Part shown: positions 1 through 15,188 of the stretch, one piece after another
Numbering within the stretch: the first letter of the stretch is position 1
How the letters are laid out: the number at the start of each line of letters is the position of its first letter
DNA from: Octopus vulgaris
Lineage: Eukaryota
Length of the DNA: 64,000 nucleotides
Reading direction: 5' to 3'
Assembly (NCBI GenBank): GCA_951406725.2
Contig: OX597842.1
Coordinates: 28,458,001 to 28,522,000, forward strand
Translations under genes and position numbers: made by a program
Notes under the pieces: generated by a model
Seen by the model: the letters and a program-made list of their open reading frames with translations, nothing else
What the model was told of the DNA's origin: nothing
Database searches by the model: none

Positions 1-317
1 CGAGCTTACGCATGTCCTCAGCAGTCACGGCCCATGTTTCACTGCCATGTAGCATGGCTGTTCGTACACATACATCATACAGTCTGCCTTTTACTCTGAG
101 CGAGAGGTCTTTAGTCACCAGCAGAGGTAAGAGCTCCCTAAACTTTGCCCAAGCTATTCTTACTCTAGCAGTTACACTTTCAGCACACCCACCCCCGCTA
201 CTGACTTGGTCACCTAGGTAACGGAAGCTATCAACTACTTCTAGTTTTTTCCCCTGGAAAGTGACGGAAGTTGTTTTCTGCAGATTTTCAGAGATTTTTG
301 CTCCTGAGCATCTGCCA

Positions 318-318
<1 letters not shown>
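1..318 (-). mobile_element. RTE-clade LINE fragment (post-RT region)
   Basis: Reverse complement matches ~6320-6635 of the intact copy ([11 protein letters not shown]...GSETWA); abuts (TA)n. Confidence 0.92.
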
Positions 319-391
<73 letters not shown>

Positions 392-456
392 TTATATATA
401 TATACATATATATATATACTTATATATAATATACATATACATATATATACATATAC

Positions 457-552
<96 letters not shown>
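319..552. repeat. (TA)n microsatellite
   Basis: Direct reading. Similar tracts at 661-725, 1319-1472, 1743-1927, 4495-5012 and 59440-59642. Confidence 0.98.
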
Positions 553-555
<3 letters not shown>

Positions 556-659
556 AAATATTGAATTTCTTAATCAGGAGGCGTTCGATGCTTCCTAGGG
601 CTATACAGCGGTGGTGTACCCCCTACTGTCACGTTCATGTTAGATTGACAGTATACAAC

Positions 660-720
<61 letters not shown>

Positions 721-935
721 TATACAAATACACATACATAAATACATAAATACATACATAGAAACATAATTAATAATACCGATCCAGGAAATAGATGGTA
801 AATGTTTTTATTTTTCATTCTCTTCGAGACTTTATCCCCAATTAGTGGTTTGGACTTTAGCTGTTCCTTCTAGCGTAAGGTAGTCTTATGATGGACACCT
901 CTTTTTGTGTTTAAATGCACACTGTATTTTATACA
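721..935 (+). repeat. ~215-bp segment duplicated at ~1923-2140
   Basis: Shared ...gaaacataattaataatacc...ccaggaaatagatggtaaatg...cactgtattttatacata; each copy follows a (TA)n tract. Confidence 0.9.
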
Positions 936-1315
936 TACTTTTAAGCATTTTTTTGCTATAGTTGTATTACTTACGCCTCCTTGGAGAGTATTATGGTTGT
1001 ATTTCGGTCTGTAGCCATTATCTAATCTATAAATGTGAATTTATTTGTTCTGAAGCAAACACAAGACACACTCAGCTTTTACAATGATGTATAATTTTCA
1101 TATCTTATCGCCTCTATTGATTGTTATTAAAGTCCAAAAATTGGTGGCCTTAATTTCAGAACAACATGTACACAAACACTTTAGCATTATCTCCTTCTCT
1201 CTCCCTCCCATTCCCCATCTCTCTCTCTTTCTCTCTCACTCTCTTTCTCTCTCACTCTCTTTCTCTCTCACTCTCTTTCTCTCTCACTCTCTTTCTCTCT
1301 CACTCTCTTTCTCTT

Positions 1316-1434
<119 letters not shown>

Positions 1435-1478
1435 ATATATATACATATATATATATTCATATATATATATATGTGTGT

Positions 1479-1740
1479 GTAGGCGCAATGGCCCAGTGTT
1501 TAGGGCAGCGGACTCGCGGTTTCGATACCGGGTGTTGTGAGTGTTTATTGAGCAAAAACACCTAAAAGTTCCACGAGTCTCCGGAAGGGGGTGGTGATCC
1601 CTGCTGTACTCTTTCACCACTCTTTCTTCTGTTGGCCTGCTTGCTTAGCCAGCGGGGTGGCGTCATTTGAAGGCTAAAATAATGCGAACTCATTGTGACC
1701 AGCGATGTGTAACAACATCTGATGGTCTGGTTAGTCACGA
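1479..1740 (+). mobile_element. tRNA-derived SINE
   Basis: ggcgcaatggcccagtg...ggtttcgatacc A/B-box-like head. Same family lies inverted at 56375-56682. Confidence 0.85.
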
Positions 1741-1742
1741 AA

Positions 1743-1929
<187 letters not shown>

Positions 1930-2149
1930 AATACACATACATAAATTCATATATACATACATAGAAACATAATTAATAATACCCGTCCAGGAAATAGATG
2001 GTAAATGTTTTTATTTTTCATTCCCTTCGAGACTTTATCCCTAATTACTGGTTTGGACTTTAGCTGTTCCTTCTAGCGTGAGGCAGTCCAATGATGGACA
2101 CCTCTTATTGTGTTTAAATGTACACTGTATTTTATACATACAAACATAT

Positions 2150-2360
2150 GTACTCACCTACCATATCAATGTAACTCATAATTTCTTTGTAGACGACCTG
2201 AAGATTTATGCTAAAAGTGTGAACAATGCTTAAAAACAACTGGAATTAATAACCTTTTCAGCTGAGATAGGCATGGAATTTGGCCAAAAGAAATGTTCGG
2301 ATTTGGTCATAGAACAAGGAAAGTCAGTACCCCAAACCCAAAACCTGTGCATCAACGGTC
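2150..2360 (+). mobile_element. Degenerate non-LTR RT fragment (R4/Dong-like)
   Basis: FFVDDLKIYAKS...FSAEIGMEFGQKKC, i.e. RT motifs 5-6. Confidence 0.7.
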
Positions 2361-2373
2361 TCTCTCGCTTCCT

Positions 2374-2410
<37 letters not shown>

Positions 2411-2659
2411 TTTATGTATATATATATATTTACAAATACACTTCCATAAATACATATGTACATACATACAGGTATAACAACAGACATGCATACATAATTA
2501 CATATATATATACATACACGCATACATGTATAACAAAATATGATAGCAGAGTGTGTAAAGTAATATTTAAGTTGAATGATTAACTTAAAACCAACTGGAA
2601 TTAATTCCAACCTTTTCAGCTGCTATTGCCAGACAGCCTTTCATCCAACCTTTCAACAG

Positions 2660-3320
2660 GTCTTGTTTTTAATTTTGTTGGGTTTCTAGCAACGCTCCTT
2701 TCCTTATCCATCCATAGTACATGACCACACCAATACAAATGTCTCTCCTGTACGCCACATCCAATGCTTCTTATCTCCAACATTTCTCCCAGGACGCTTA
2801 CACTCTGTCGTGCATGCACACTGACATTACACATCCAGCGGATCATGCTAGCTTCATTTCTTTCAAGCCTACACGTCCTCCACAATCACAGCCCATGTTT
2901 CACTGCTGTGAAGCATGGCAATTCGCACACATGCATCGTACAATCTACCTTTCACTCTGAGCGAGAGACCCTTTGTCGCCAGTAGGTGTAGGAGCTTTCT
3001 AAACTTTGCCCAGGCTATTCTTTTTCTAGTGGTGACGCTCTCTGAGCATCCACCCCCACTACTAACTTGCTCACCTAGGTAGTGGAAGCTATCAACTACT
3101 TCTAGTTTCTCCCCCTGGAGTGTGATGGAATCTGTTTTCTGAGTATCTGTGCTGTCTATTGCCCCCGTGCATCTGCCTCACACGAAAGCTATCTTCCTGG
3201 TTAACCTTCCTTTGATGTTGCTGCACCTCTTATGTGTCCATAGTTTACACTGAGTACATCTTATGGAGTTTCTACCTACACCCTTTCTACAAATCGAGCA
3301 GGGCCACCTACCTGAGCAGG
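2660..3320 (-). mobile_element. RTE LINE fragment
   Basis: [30 protein letters not shown] and RNEASMIRWMCNV on the minus strand. Confidence 0.92.
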
Positions 3321-4549
3321 TGTAATAAAAGTTTCTATAAAGAAATAATTGTAGATACAACCATAAATCACCAGAGGGACAGAATACTTGTTTCTCCACA
3401 GAAACAGGGTTTTTCTTTTCACCCTCATCCTCTCTTATCAATTATGATCATATTCAGAATAGACAGTGTGAAGGCACATGGCTACCTTGGAAGTTGGAAC
3501 ACCTACTCCAGAGTACTGGAGGTTGTGGCTATCAGGGAGACCAGCATTCGTGACCATCTTGAGTGGCTACAGGTTTATACATCTCCAAGACTTCTGGTAA
3601 TGGGTCGTGGAGTAATTATGTTTATTCAGAGAGGACTGGATCTCATACCATCAACCAGGACATAGTAGATACGTTGGTAGTGCTGGACATGACCAGTGGT
3701 GTAAGCCATTCGTTCCTTTATAATTCAGAGTAGGTGGGGTAGTCAGTGTTCTTCAGACATCTGGAAGCCTTCTTAAAAATGTTCCACATCTTAAAGCAAG
3801 GAAAAGTCTTTTAAATGAATGCAAGGGCCATTAGAAGAGAGGGTGGAAACGCCTTGCATATCTGCTCAGATGCTTCCAGCTGTCTCACAAGTACCAAATG
3901 GATTACTTGGAGGCACCATTGTGGCCATGGACAAAATAATATATGGTCATCCAGATCGTATCCACGAGGTGGAGTTAAAAGGTTCACCAATTAGTTATTT
4001 TTAATAAAAAATAACTTACCCATCTACATTGAATGAGTCACCTTGAGCAGCAATTTACCCGTTCCACAAATCCACCAGTGTAATTTATCTCTATATACAT
4101 GCATACTTTCATATACACACACACACACAATTTGAGAGGTCTTGGTATCCAGAAGACCTAAATGGCAGGTAAGGCTATGTAGGTGCTACAGGAGGACCAC
4201 TGTTAGACTCCCGGTTCAATAATAGTATGAGCGAGGGGGTCCAACGCGGGTCGTGTGTGAGTATGTATATGTTGAATAAAGTGAGACAACAAAGCCAAGG
4301 CAGTGTGATATTTTGGGGACATTTATAAAGAGAAAGGTAGTCTTACAGTGATATTCCCCTTAGATTAGATAGATGGAAGAGCATTGTAGAAAATGAAGGA
4401 GGGTATATTTTAGATTAAAATACAACTTTGCTTATCGTAATTTTGGAAAATAAAAGAAGCATAAAAAAACTCCATTATTTATGGGGTGACCCGATATATG
4501 TGTGTGTGTATATATACATATATATATATGTATATATACACACATATAT

Positions 4550-4614
<65 letters not shown>

Positions 4615-4628
4615 ATATATATATATAT

Positions 4629-6977
<2,349 letters not shown>

Positions 6978-8890
6978 TCAGGCCATAACCCGTGGCCCCT
7001 ACCTGGGACGTAGTCAGTCCTCCTGTGCATACCTTCCTTCTTGTGACACTTATGAAGACCTGTTGAGGCAAGTGAAAATCAAATCAAAACAAATCAAAAT
7101 AGATGAAAATCAGTGGAATTGTATTCTTTGTGGTACCAGTGCCGGTGGCACACAAGAAAACCACCCAAACGTGGCCGTAGCCAGTACCGCATCGACTGGC
7201 CTCCGTGCTGTGGGCACAACAAACACCATCCGATCGTGGCCGTTCGCCAGCCTCATCTGGCACCTGTGTCGGTGGCACATAAAGACACCATCCGAAGACC
7301 CGGCGACGTAGTCAGTCCACCTGTGCATACCTTCCCTCTTATGACACTTGTGAAGACCTGTTGAGGCAAGTGTGTGACACTTGTGAAGACCTGTTGAGGC
7401 AGAGGCAAGTGTGTGACACTTGTGGAGACCTGTTGAGGCAAGTGTGTGACCCTTGTGAAGACCTGTTGAGGCAAGTGAAAATCAAATCAAAACAAATCAA
7501 AATAGATGAACATCAATGGAATTTGTATCTTTGTGGTCCCAGTACCGGTGGCACACAAGAAAACCATCCGAACGTGGCCGTAGCCAGTACCGCATCGACT
7601 GGCCTCCGTGCTGTGGGCACAACAAACACCATCTGATCGTGGCCGTTCGCCAGCCTCATCTGGCACCTGTGTCGGTGGCACATAAAAACACCATCCGAAG
7701 ACCCGGCGACGTAGTCAGTCCACCTGTGCATACCTTCCCTCTTATGACACTTGTGAAGACCTGTTGAGGCAAGTGTGTGACACTTGTGAAGACCTGTTGA
7801 GGCAGAGGCACGTGTGTGACACTTTGTGAAGACCTGTTGAGGCAGAGGCAAGTGTGTGACACTTGTGGAGACCTGTTGAGGCAAGTGTGTGACACGTGTG
7901 ACACTTGTGAAGACCTGTTGAGGCAAGTGAAAATCAAAATCAAACCAAATCAAAATAGATGAACATCAATGGAATTTGTATCTTTGTCGGTGGCACACAA
8001 GAAAACCATCCGATCGTGGCCGTTCGCCAGCCTCATCTGGCACCTGTGTCGGTGGCACATAAAAACACCATCCGAAGACCCGGCGACGTAGTCAGTCCAC
8101 CTGTGCATACCTTCCTACTTATGACACTTGTGAAGACCTGTTGAGGCAAGTGTGTGACACTTGTGTAGACCTGTTGAGGCAAGTGAAAATCAAAATCAAA
8201 TCAAATCAAATCAAACCAAATCAAAATAGATGAACATCAATGGAATTTGTATCTTTGTGATACCAGTACCGGTGGCACACAAGAAAACCATCCGAACGTG
8301 GCCGTAGCCAGTACCGCATCGACTGGCCTCTGTGATGTGGGCACATAACAAACACCATCCGATCGTGGTCGTCCGCCAGCCTCATCTGGCACCTGTGTCG
8401 GTGGCACATAAAAACACCAACCGAAGACCCGGCAAGACTAGTCAGGCCATAACCCGTGGCCCCTACTTGGGACGTAGTCAGTCCACCTGTGCATACCTTC
8501 CTTCCTTCTTGTGACACTTGTGAAGACCTGTGAAGACCTGTTGAGGCAAGTGAAAATCAAATCAAATCAAATCAAAATAGATGAACATCAATGGAATTTG
8601 TATCTTTGTGGTACCAGTGCCGGTGGCACACAAGAAAACCATCCGAACGTGGCCGTAGCCAGTACCGCATCGACTGGCCTCCGTGCTTTGGGGACGTAAC
8701 AAACACCATCCGATCGTGGCCGTCCGCCAGCCTCATCTGGCACCTGTGTCGGTGGCACATAAAAACCCCATCCGAGCGTGGCCGTCTGCCAGCCTCGTCT
8801 GGCACCTGTGTCGGTGGCACATAAAAACACCATCCGAGCGTGGCCGTTCGCCAGCCTCGTCTGGCACCTGTGTCGGTGGCACATAAAATC
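6978..8890 (+). repeat. Nested tandem repeats in the LINE 3' UTR (~400-bp higher-order unit built from ~33-bp and ~62-bp subunits)
   Basis: gaagacctgttgaggcaagtg and gccagcctcatctggcacctgtgtcggtggcacataaaa recur many times. The ORF-end junction sequence recurs at ~8423-8500. Confidence 0.92.
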
Positions 8891-9099
8891 ACCCACTACA
8901 CTCAGGAGTGGTCGGCGTTAGGAAGGGCATCCAGCTGTAGAAAATACTGCCAGATCTGACTGGCCTGGTGCAGCCTTCGGGCTCCCCAGACCCCAGTTGA
9001 ACCGTCCAACCCATGCTAGCATGGAAAACGGACGCTAAATGATGATGATGATGATGATGATACATTCACACATATGTACATATGTACATAGTATGTTAG

Positions 9100-9765
9100 T
9101 AAAAAGCTCAGAGATGATAGTAACATTGATCATCAAAGCAGTCTATCATGGACCAATAGCCAGGTAACTACCTCCCACTTTGAAGGGTATGTGTTTGCAA
9201 TCCAGGAACAGGAAATATCAACCTGATGTGCAAAAGGGGTAGAGATGCAGGAGAAGCAGTAAAATATGGCAACCGACACCTACTTTGTGGAATTAACACT
9301 GACGATATCAGCCACATCACATGTCATTGTCCAAAAATGTCATCACGGTTCTCTACCAATGAGACATGATGTTGTAGCAAGGACACTCTATAATGAAATC
9401 TGTCAGAAGGATAACCCTGCGGACAGAGAAATAAGAACCCACAGTACAGTAGAAACCATAGCCACTGGTGGAATGTCCCAGTGAAGACCTCAGTAAAATG
9501 TAAGCACAAAAGACCTGATATAATGATTTGGGATAGAGGAGAGAAACTGTGTAGAGTTGTGGAAATTAGCTGCCCAACAGATGTTAACATAAATCTGAAG
9601 ATGAGTGAAAAAGAGAATACCTACATTGAACTATTGAGAAATCTGCAGTTAATCTATCCAGATTACAAGTTCAGGCTTATACCTGTAGTTATTGGGGCCC
9701 TGTGGATATGGAACATACTGCCTAAATACCAATCTTCAGAAATTAGGCTTCTCAAAAATCTTTAA
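9100..9765 (+). mobile_element. Degenerate 3' part of a restriction-like-endonuclease non-LTR element (R4/Dong-like)
   Basis: FEGYVFAIQEQEIST, RHDVVARTLY, KRPDIMIWD...VVEISCP, EKENTY, IPVVIGAL motifs, with frameshifts. Confidence 0.85.
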
Positions 9766-10434
9766 AACATGAACTCAGGACGACAAGCGAGAAACTTTGC
9801 TATCACATGCAAATTTTTGAACAAGCCAATATCAATCGTGAGTTTGCTTCCAACCCACAAGCATTATAGAGAGAGACAAGGAAGGAAAACATTACCATTA
9901 AGAAAGTTCCCTCCCGAGAAGCTCTACAATCATTCTGGTGAAAAATTTGGAATGAAAAGAGGGATTTCAACCTCAATGCATCATGGTTAAATAGAACTGA
10001 GAAAGAATACTGTACTAACACTAACAGTAAAACATACAAAATTGATGCAGAAACCTTTGCTATAGCAGTAGGAAATCTCTTAACTGCACAGCCACGCTTG
10101 TACCTATTTTATACAGTCACAAACATATATATATATATATATATAAATCACTGTAGTGTCCAGATGATCAGCCATTGCTGTGCCCTGCTGGTCACACTGC
10201 AATTCTTCACGTTATTCTGAGGACTAAGGTGTATAAGCGACACAGATCATGATATTCTCCTGAAACAGGGCACCAGTCGATCACAGGGTTATTTATTTAC
10301 AACTCAGTTGACGGGAACAATGTGAAATGAGGTATTCATCTGAGGGCCTCTAAGCACCACCCTCTGGGATTCGAAATCATGAACACAAGATTGGGAAAGC
10401 CATAACGTAATCACTAGGCCACACATGTTTACAA

Positions 10435-10472
<38 letters not shown>

Positions 10473-10959
10473 TGTGTGTGTGTGTATGATCATGTTTCCA
10501 TATAGGTGTTGCCCAATAAAACCAATGATAAAAATTTTAACAAGTTGTCAAGGTTTAAGTGGGCTTCATATAATCTCCATACATAGGTGTGAGTGTGTAT
10601 GTGTGTACTAAATGAATTGAATTAGACTTTGAGAGGATAAGTTGTAAACAACATCCAAGGTCACAGAAATTCATATCAGTTAGAGTAGCATGATAATGAG
10701 TGAACGTAATAAAAGAAGATAAATGTATATATAAATAAAATTCCACGAAAAACACAATGAATAGCCTTATTGGCTGAGACGACTTACTTCCTTTTACTAC
10801 AATGATATAAATTTATGAATCTAAGATCATTTTATTCATACCAGTGAGAGGACTTGAAGATTGATATCTCAAATTTTAAAACTCCGAACAAACCTTACTC
10901 AGCTGAAAATCTTAAAACTCAAACTTATCCAACTGAAAACTTCTGATTCAAGGTAAAGA

Positions 10960-12140
10960 AAAAATTTTCTCGTCTTAAATCTTGTCATATATAAGCCAAA
11001 ATTTGGTACAATCCCTTCCAGGATCTTCCAGATGTATATCACTGCATATCTTCCCCACCTTCACTCTAGGGAGTAAAGTCTTACCTGTTTCAGCCTTCCC
11101 CAGTAGTTGAGCTGTTGCAATGAGATGATATTCTTTTAGTAGCTTCACTGGATTGCTTCAAGGTCCACTGTTAATTTTACACTGTGGGGTGACCGTTGTT
11201 AGGAGCAGTAGTCCAGGCAGCTGAGGATAAATGTCCTCCAGCGGACCATCATGGTTTCTTTGTCCCTGGCTCTGAAGGTTCACAGGATCCATCCATCCAG
11301 CCATCTGCACTTTGTCGTCATCTTGTTAAAGTGCACTTGGAAAGAGGTATCATCACTCATGTCGATACCCAGATCACACACGTGATTGTAATTCCCCACT
11401 AGGCAAGTATACCCTGTATGTTTTCCGTTCAAATTTGGGTGCTGGTAGTGCAGGGCTTGAAATTTTCCAGCATTAAACTGCATATTATTGTCCTCAGACC
11501 ATCTGTAAATTGCATCCAGCTACTGCTGCAGGCATGCAACATCACTACGGTTTTGCATTTTCTGCAAAAATTTCGTGTCGTCTCCGTAGCTAGCAAGGGT
11601 ATCAGGGCAGTGGAGAGCATATCTGAGAGGGCCACTATGAAAATCAGTGGCCCTAAGACAAGTGCCCTGTGGAACACAACTCACTATTTGTGGTTCCGTT
11701 GAGGTGGTACCACTGGCTACCACTGCCTGACTTCTGTCTTTCAGAAAGTCATGTAATCATTCTCCAAGTTTTCCACCTTTGCCAAGATCACGTAGTTTGT
11801 GGCATATCATATCATGATTAACTTTATCAAAAGCTTTTGCAAAGTATATTACGTCCACATTTGAGTTGTTAAGTAACTGTTTCAGCACCCAGTCATTGTG
11901 CTATAGGAGCTGTGTCAGGCAACTCCTACTTGGTCGAAAACCATGCTATCACTCAGCAAGTCACTTTCTTCCAGGAATGACTTTGCTTGTGTGTGAAGTC
12001 AGAGAGATAGGCCTATAAGTTATGGCACCTGCTCTGCTTCCTCCTTCATGGATTGGGCATATTATTCCCTTCTAAAGTTTGCTTGGCAGCTTGCCATTCG
12101 CAAGAAAACTCTGGAGGAAAATCTGTAGTGGTTTTTCCTG
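10960..12140 (-). mobile_element. Degenerate CR1/L2-group LINE RT fragment
   Basis: FAKAFDKVNH, VPQGT.LGPLIFI, YGDDTK, NNMQFNAGKF on the minus strand. Confidence 0.85.
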
Positions 12141-12172
12141 GGCATATATATGTATATACATTATATATATAT

Positions 12173-12960
12173 AAATATTGATCATAGAACAAACATCAAA
12201 TTCGAGTCAGCGACTTTATATATAACACCGTAACATTTCATCATATATAAATATTACCATGGCTCTTAAACATAAAAAGTATACATATATAAAATACACA
12301 GAAGGTAAAAAATATATACACGAATAAAAACACAGATATATAGAACAGCCTATCAAGAAGGTATATACAATTGGCTAAAAATTCTAAAGCGTGTCTTGCT
12401 GCTAAAAATCCAATTAAACTAAAATAAAATATCAATCGACTAAACAAAGAATTTGTTGAGATTCCTGTTCATCATGATGTGGGGGTCATTGCCAAGATGC
12501 GCTTTAACTCGTAATCGAACTGCGGCAATGAACTCCTGAAATGGCCATAGGTGTGTTTCACTTGATTTTGTGGAACTCTTTTTGCTCCTGGACTCTAACC
12601 TACCATGGGTTTATGAAACAAACTTTTTTCACGTACTCTTTCATTTGAGGGGAGTAAGAAAATTTTTCTTTTTAGTCGATATTTTATTTGGATTTTTAGT
12701 AGCATGACACGCTTTAGAATTCTTAGTCGATTGTATATACCTTCTTGATAGGCCGTTCTATACACCTGCATTTTTATTCACATATATATTTTTTACCTTT
12801 GATGATTTTTATGTCTACTTTATATGTTTTTTTTTATATATGTATACTCTGTATGTTTAAGAGCCATGGTAATATTTATATATGATGAAATGTTTGGAGA
12901 TACGGTGTTATATATAAAGTCATTGACTCGAATTTGATGTTTATTTTATGATCAATGTTT
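12173..12960. mobile_element. MITE-like foldback, ~280-bp inverted arms
   Basis: 12173-12450 is the imperfect reverse complement of 12660-12960. Confidence 0.8.
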
Positions 12961-13483
12961 CTTTATCTCTGTCTCAGTTACATTTGAGCACTTCCTTTTT
13001 TGCAGTCCTATAAACCCTTTGTTTCCATAGAAAGGAGACAAAAATTATTTCTTGTCGTATACATATATATATATGTAAAAGGGCACCATTCGAGCGTGAT
13101 CGTTACCAAAGTCGCCTTACTGGCACCTGTGCCAGTGGCATGTGTAAAAAGGGGTGGGGAAGGGTATCTTTTTTTCTTCGCAAATGTAAATAAACCCAAT
13201 CTGTTTCTTAAACGAGGGACATATTCATACAGCACGGAATGTTTTCACCCCAAATAGACTCCAGCGATTGGTTAAAATTGCCGAAATGCTCGATTTTAAA
13301 GTGGAAATATCTTACAAACTATAGAATTTTCTCAATAAAGCCAAGAAAAAATGATGTTTTATAAACACATTCTACCAGTATATGGAGTTTAAAAGTGTTT
13401 AGTTAACTAGAAATTGTGTTGACATGTGCTGTTCAAGAGGAAAAGATCCAAAATACATATAAAAAAATAAGTAATAAAAGTAA

Positions 13484-14190
13484 AACACGTCTATATACAC
13501 GCATACCCGTATACACGTACACACACACGTCTCTATACACGCATACTCGCATGTCTATATACGCACTCTCACACACACACACAAAAAGGTTCATACACAC
13601 ATGTACAAGAAAAAACGGCTAAAGGCAAAATAGAGGAAAATGGGCAAAAAATGTGTAAAAGAGCCAAAGACTAAAACACGTCTATATACACACATACTCG
13701 CATGCACGTGTGTCCACGTACAAGCTTTTTCTCTCTCTATACTTTTTACTTATATTTCTTTATATTTTATATATATATATCTATATATTTTTTTTACATA
13801 TTTATAGAGATATTGTTTTATAGGTTTATTGCTCATATATTTTTTACACATATTTTTTCTCTATTCTACCTTCCACCCTGCATTTTCCCTGTGCGTATAT
13901 AGACGTGTATATGGAATCTTTTGTGCGCGCGTGTGGATGTGTGCATGTGTGCGGAACGGGCGTATATAGACGTGTGTGTGTGCGTGCATGCGAGCATGTG
14001 CGTATATAGGACGTGTTTTACTCATTGTCTTTTTACATATTTTTTTACACATTTTCCTGTATTTTGCCTTTAGCCGTGTTTTTTCTTGTACATGTGTGTA
14101 TATAGACGTGTGTATGAACCGTTTATTGTGCGCGCATGTGTGTGTGCGTATATAGACGTGCGGGTATGCGCGTATATAGACGTGTGTGTT
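13484..14190. mobile_element. Foldback element with internally repetitive arms (acacgtctatatac units)
   Basis: 13484-13710 is the imperfect reverse complement of 13980-14190. Confidence 0.75.
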
Positions 14191-14450
14191 GACCAGACTA
14201 TCAAATGCTGTTACACATCCCTGGTCACAATGTGCTTTGCATCATTTCATCTTTCAAGCAGGCCAGTGAGTGTTCCCCCTAATCACAACACAAGTCTCTT
14301 GGAGGGTGATCCATTTACAGCTGAGTGGACTGCAGCAAAGTGAAATGAGGTGTTTTGCTCAAGAATACAAGGTACTGCTCAGTATGGGAATTGAACCCAC
14401 AATCTAGCCACTGTGAGCGCAACACCCTAACCACTAGGCCACATGCCTTT
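14191..14450 (-). mobile_element. SINE remnant
   Basis: Reverse tRNA-like head (gtggcctagtggttagggtg...ggttcaattccc). Confidence 0.7.
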
Positions 14451-15105
14451 ACACACACACACATGTATACATATACATAGATGTACATATGTTTGCATAT
14501 GCATGTATGGTAGTCATTTTTACGTCTGTTTTCCATGCTAGCATGGGTTAGATGAATATGTATTTGATGCCTTTTTTTATTTCTGGATCCCCTTCATGTC
14601 CTTAATCCTTACCTGTTGCTCAAGTAGGGGATCTCTTATTCCAATGGTCTATTCGTCAACGGGAGAAGTGATAACAATCTAATCACCGAAAGCTAAGAAA
14701 TTGCCAGAGACAACAAATGTAAACACACACACGCTTGTGTGTGCTTGTGTGTGTGTGTGTGTGCTTGTGTGTATGCGTGTGTGTGCTTGTGTGTGTGTGT
14801 GTGTGTGTGCATGTGTGTGTGCATGTGTGTGTGTGTGTGTGTGCTTGTGCGTGTGTGTGTGACCAATGAGACTGTGATAAGCAGAGCAATGTAGCAAACC
14901 AAAAGATGCAACACAATGACTGTTGTTAGGTTTATTAGTGTCAAGAAGAACATTCAGCTATAAATAATTGTTGAGATAAGCTGAAGTTTTTAATATTTAT
15001 GTCATTTCATGGGAGATTTGAGAAACACAGTCTTCTTTAAATTGCTCTTTACCTCATTTTATAAGTTTTTAAAAACTATCTTACTTTCCTTTTTATTCAA
15101 AAGAC

Positions 15106-15188
15106 ATGGATGTAGATAAGATTATAAGCAAGATTCGGAATGGGGACTTTAAAGATGTGAAACGATTTATAAAAAAAATCCTGAAACT
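15106..15188 (+). CDS. Exon 1 (coding), ankyrin N-cap [24 protein letters not shown](NPET)
   Basis: Pyrimidine tract and AAG acceptor just before the ATG, GTAAGT donor at 15189. It is 83 nt, one short of phase 0; one extra A in the A8 run gives FIKKNPET|VNQ. Confidence 0.7.

Noticed and set aside
7054-7085. ctgttgag...gaaa in the LINE UTR repeats as a hammerhead core
   Set aside because: No stem II pairing, and the motif is not conserved in the other RTE copies.
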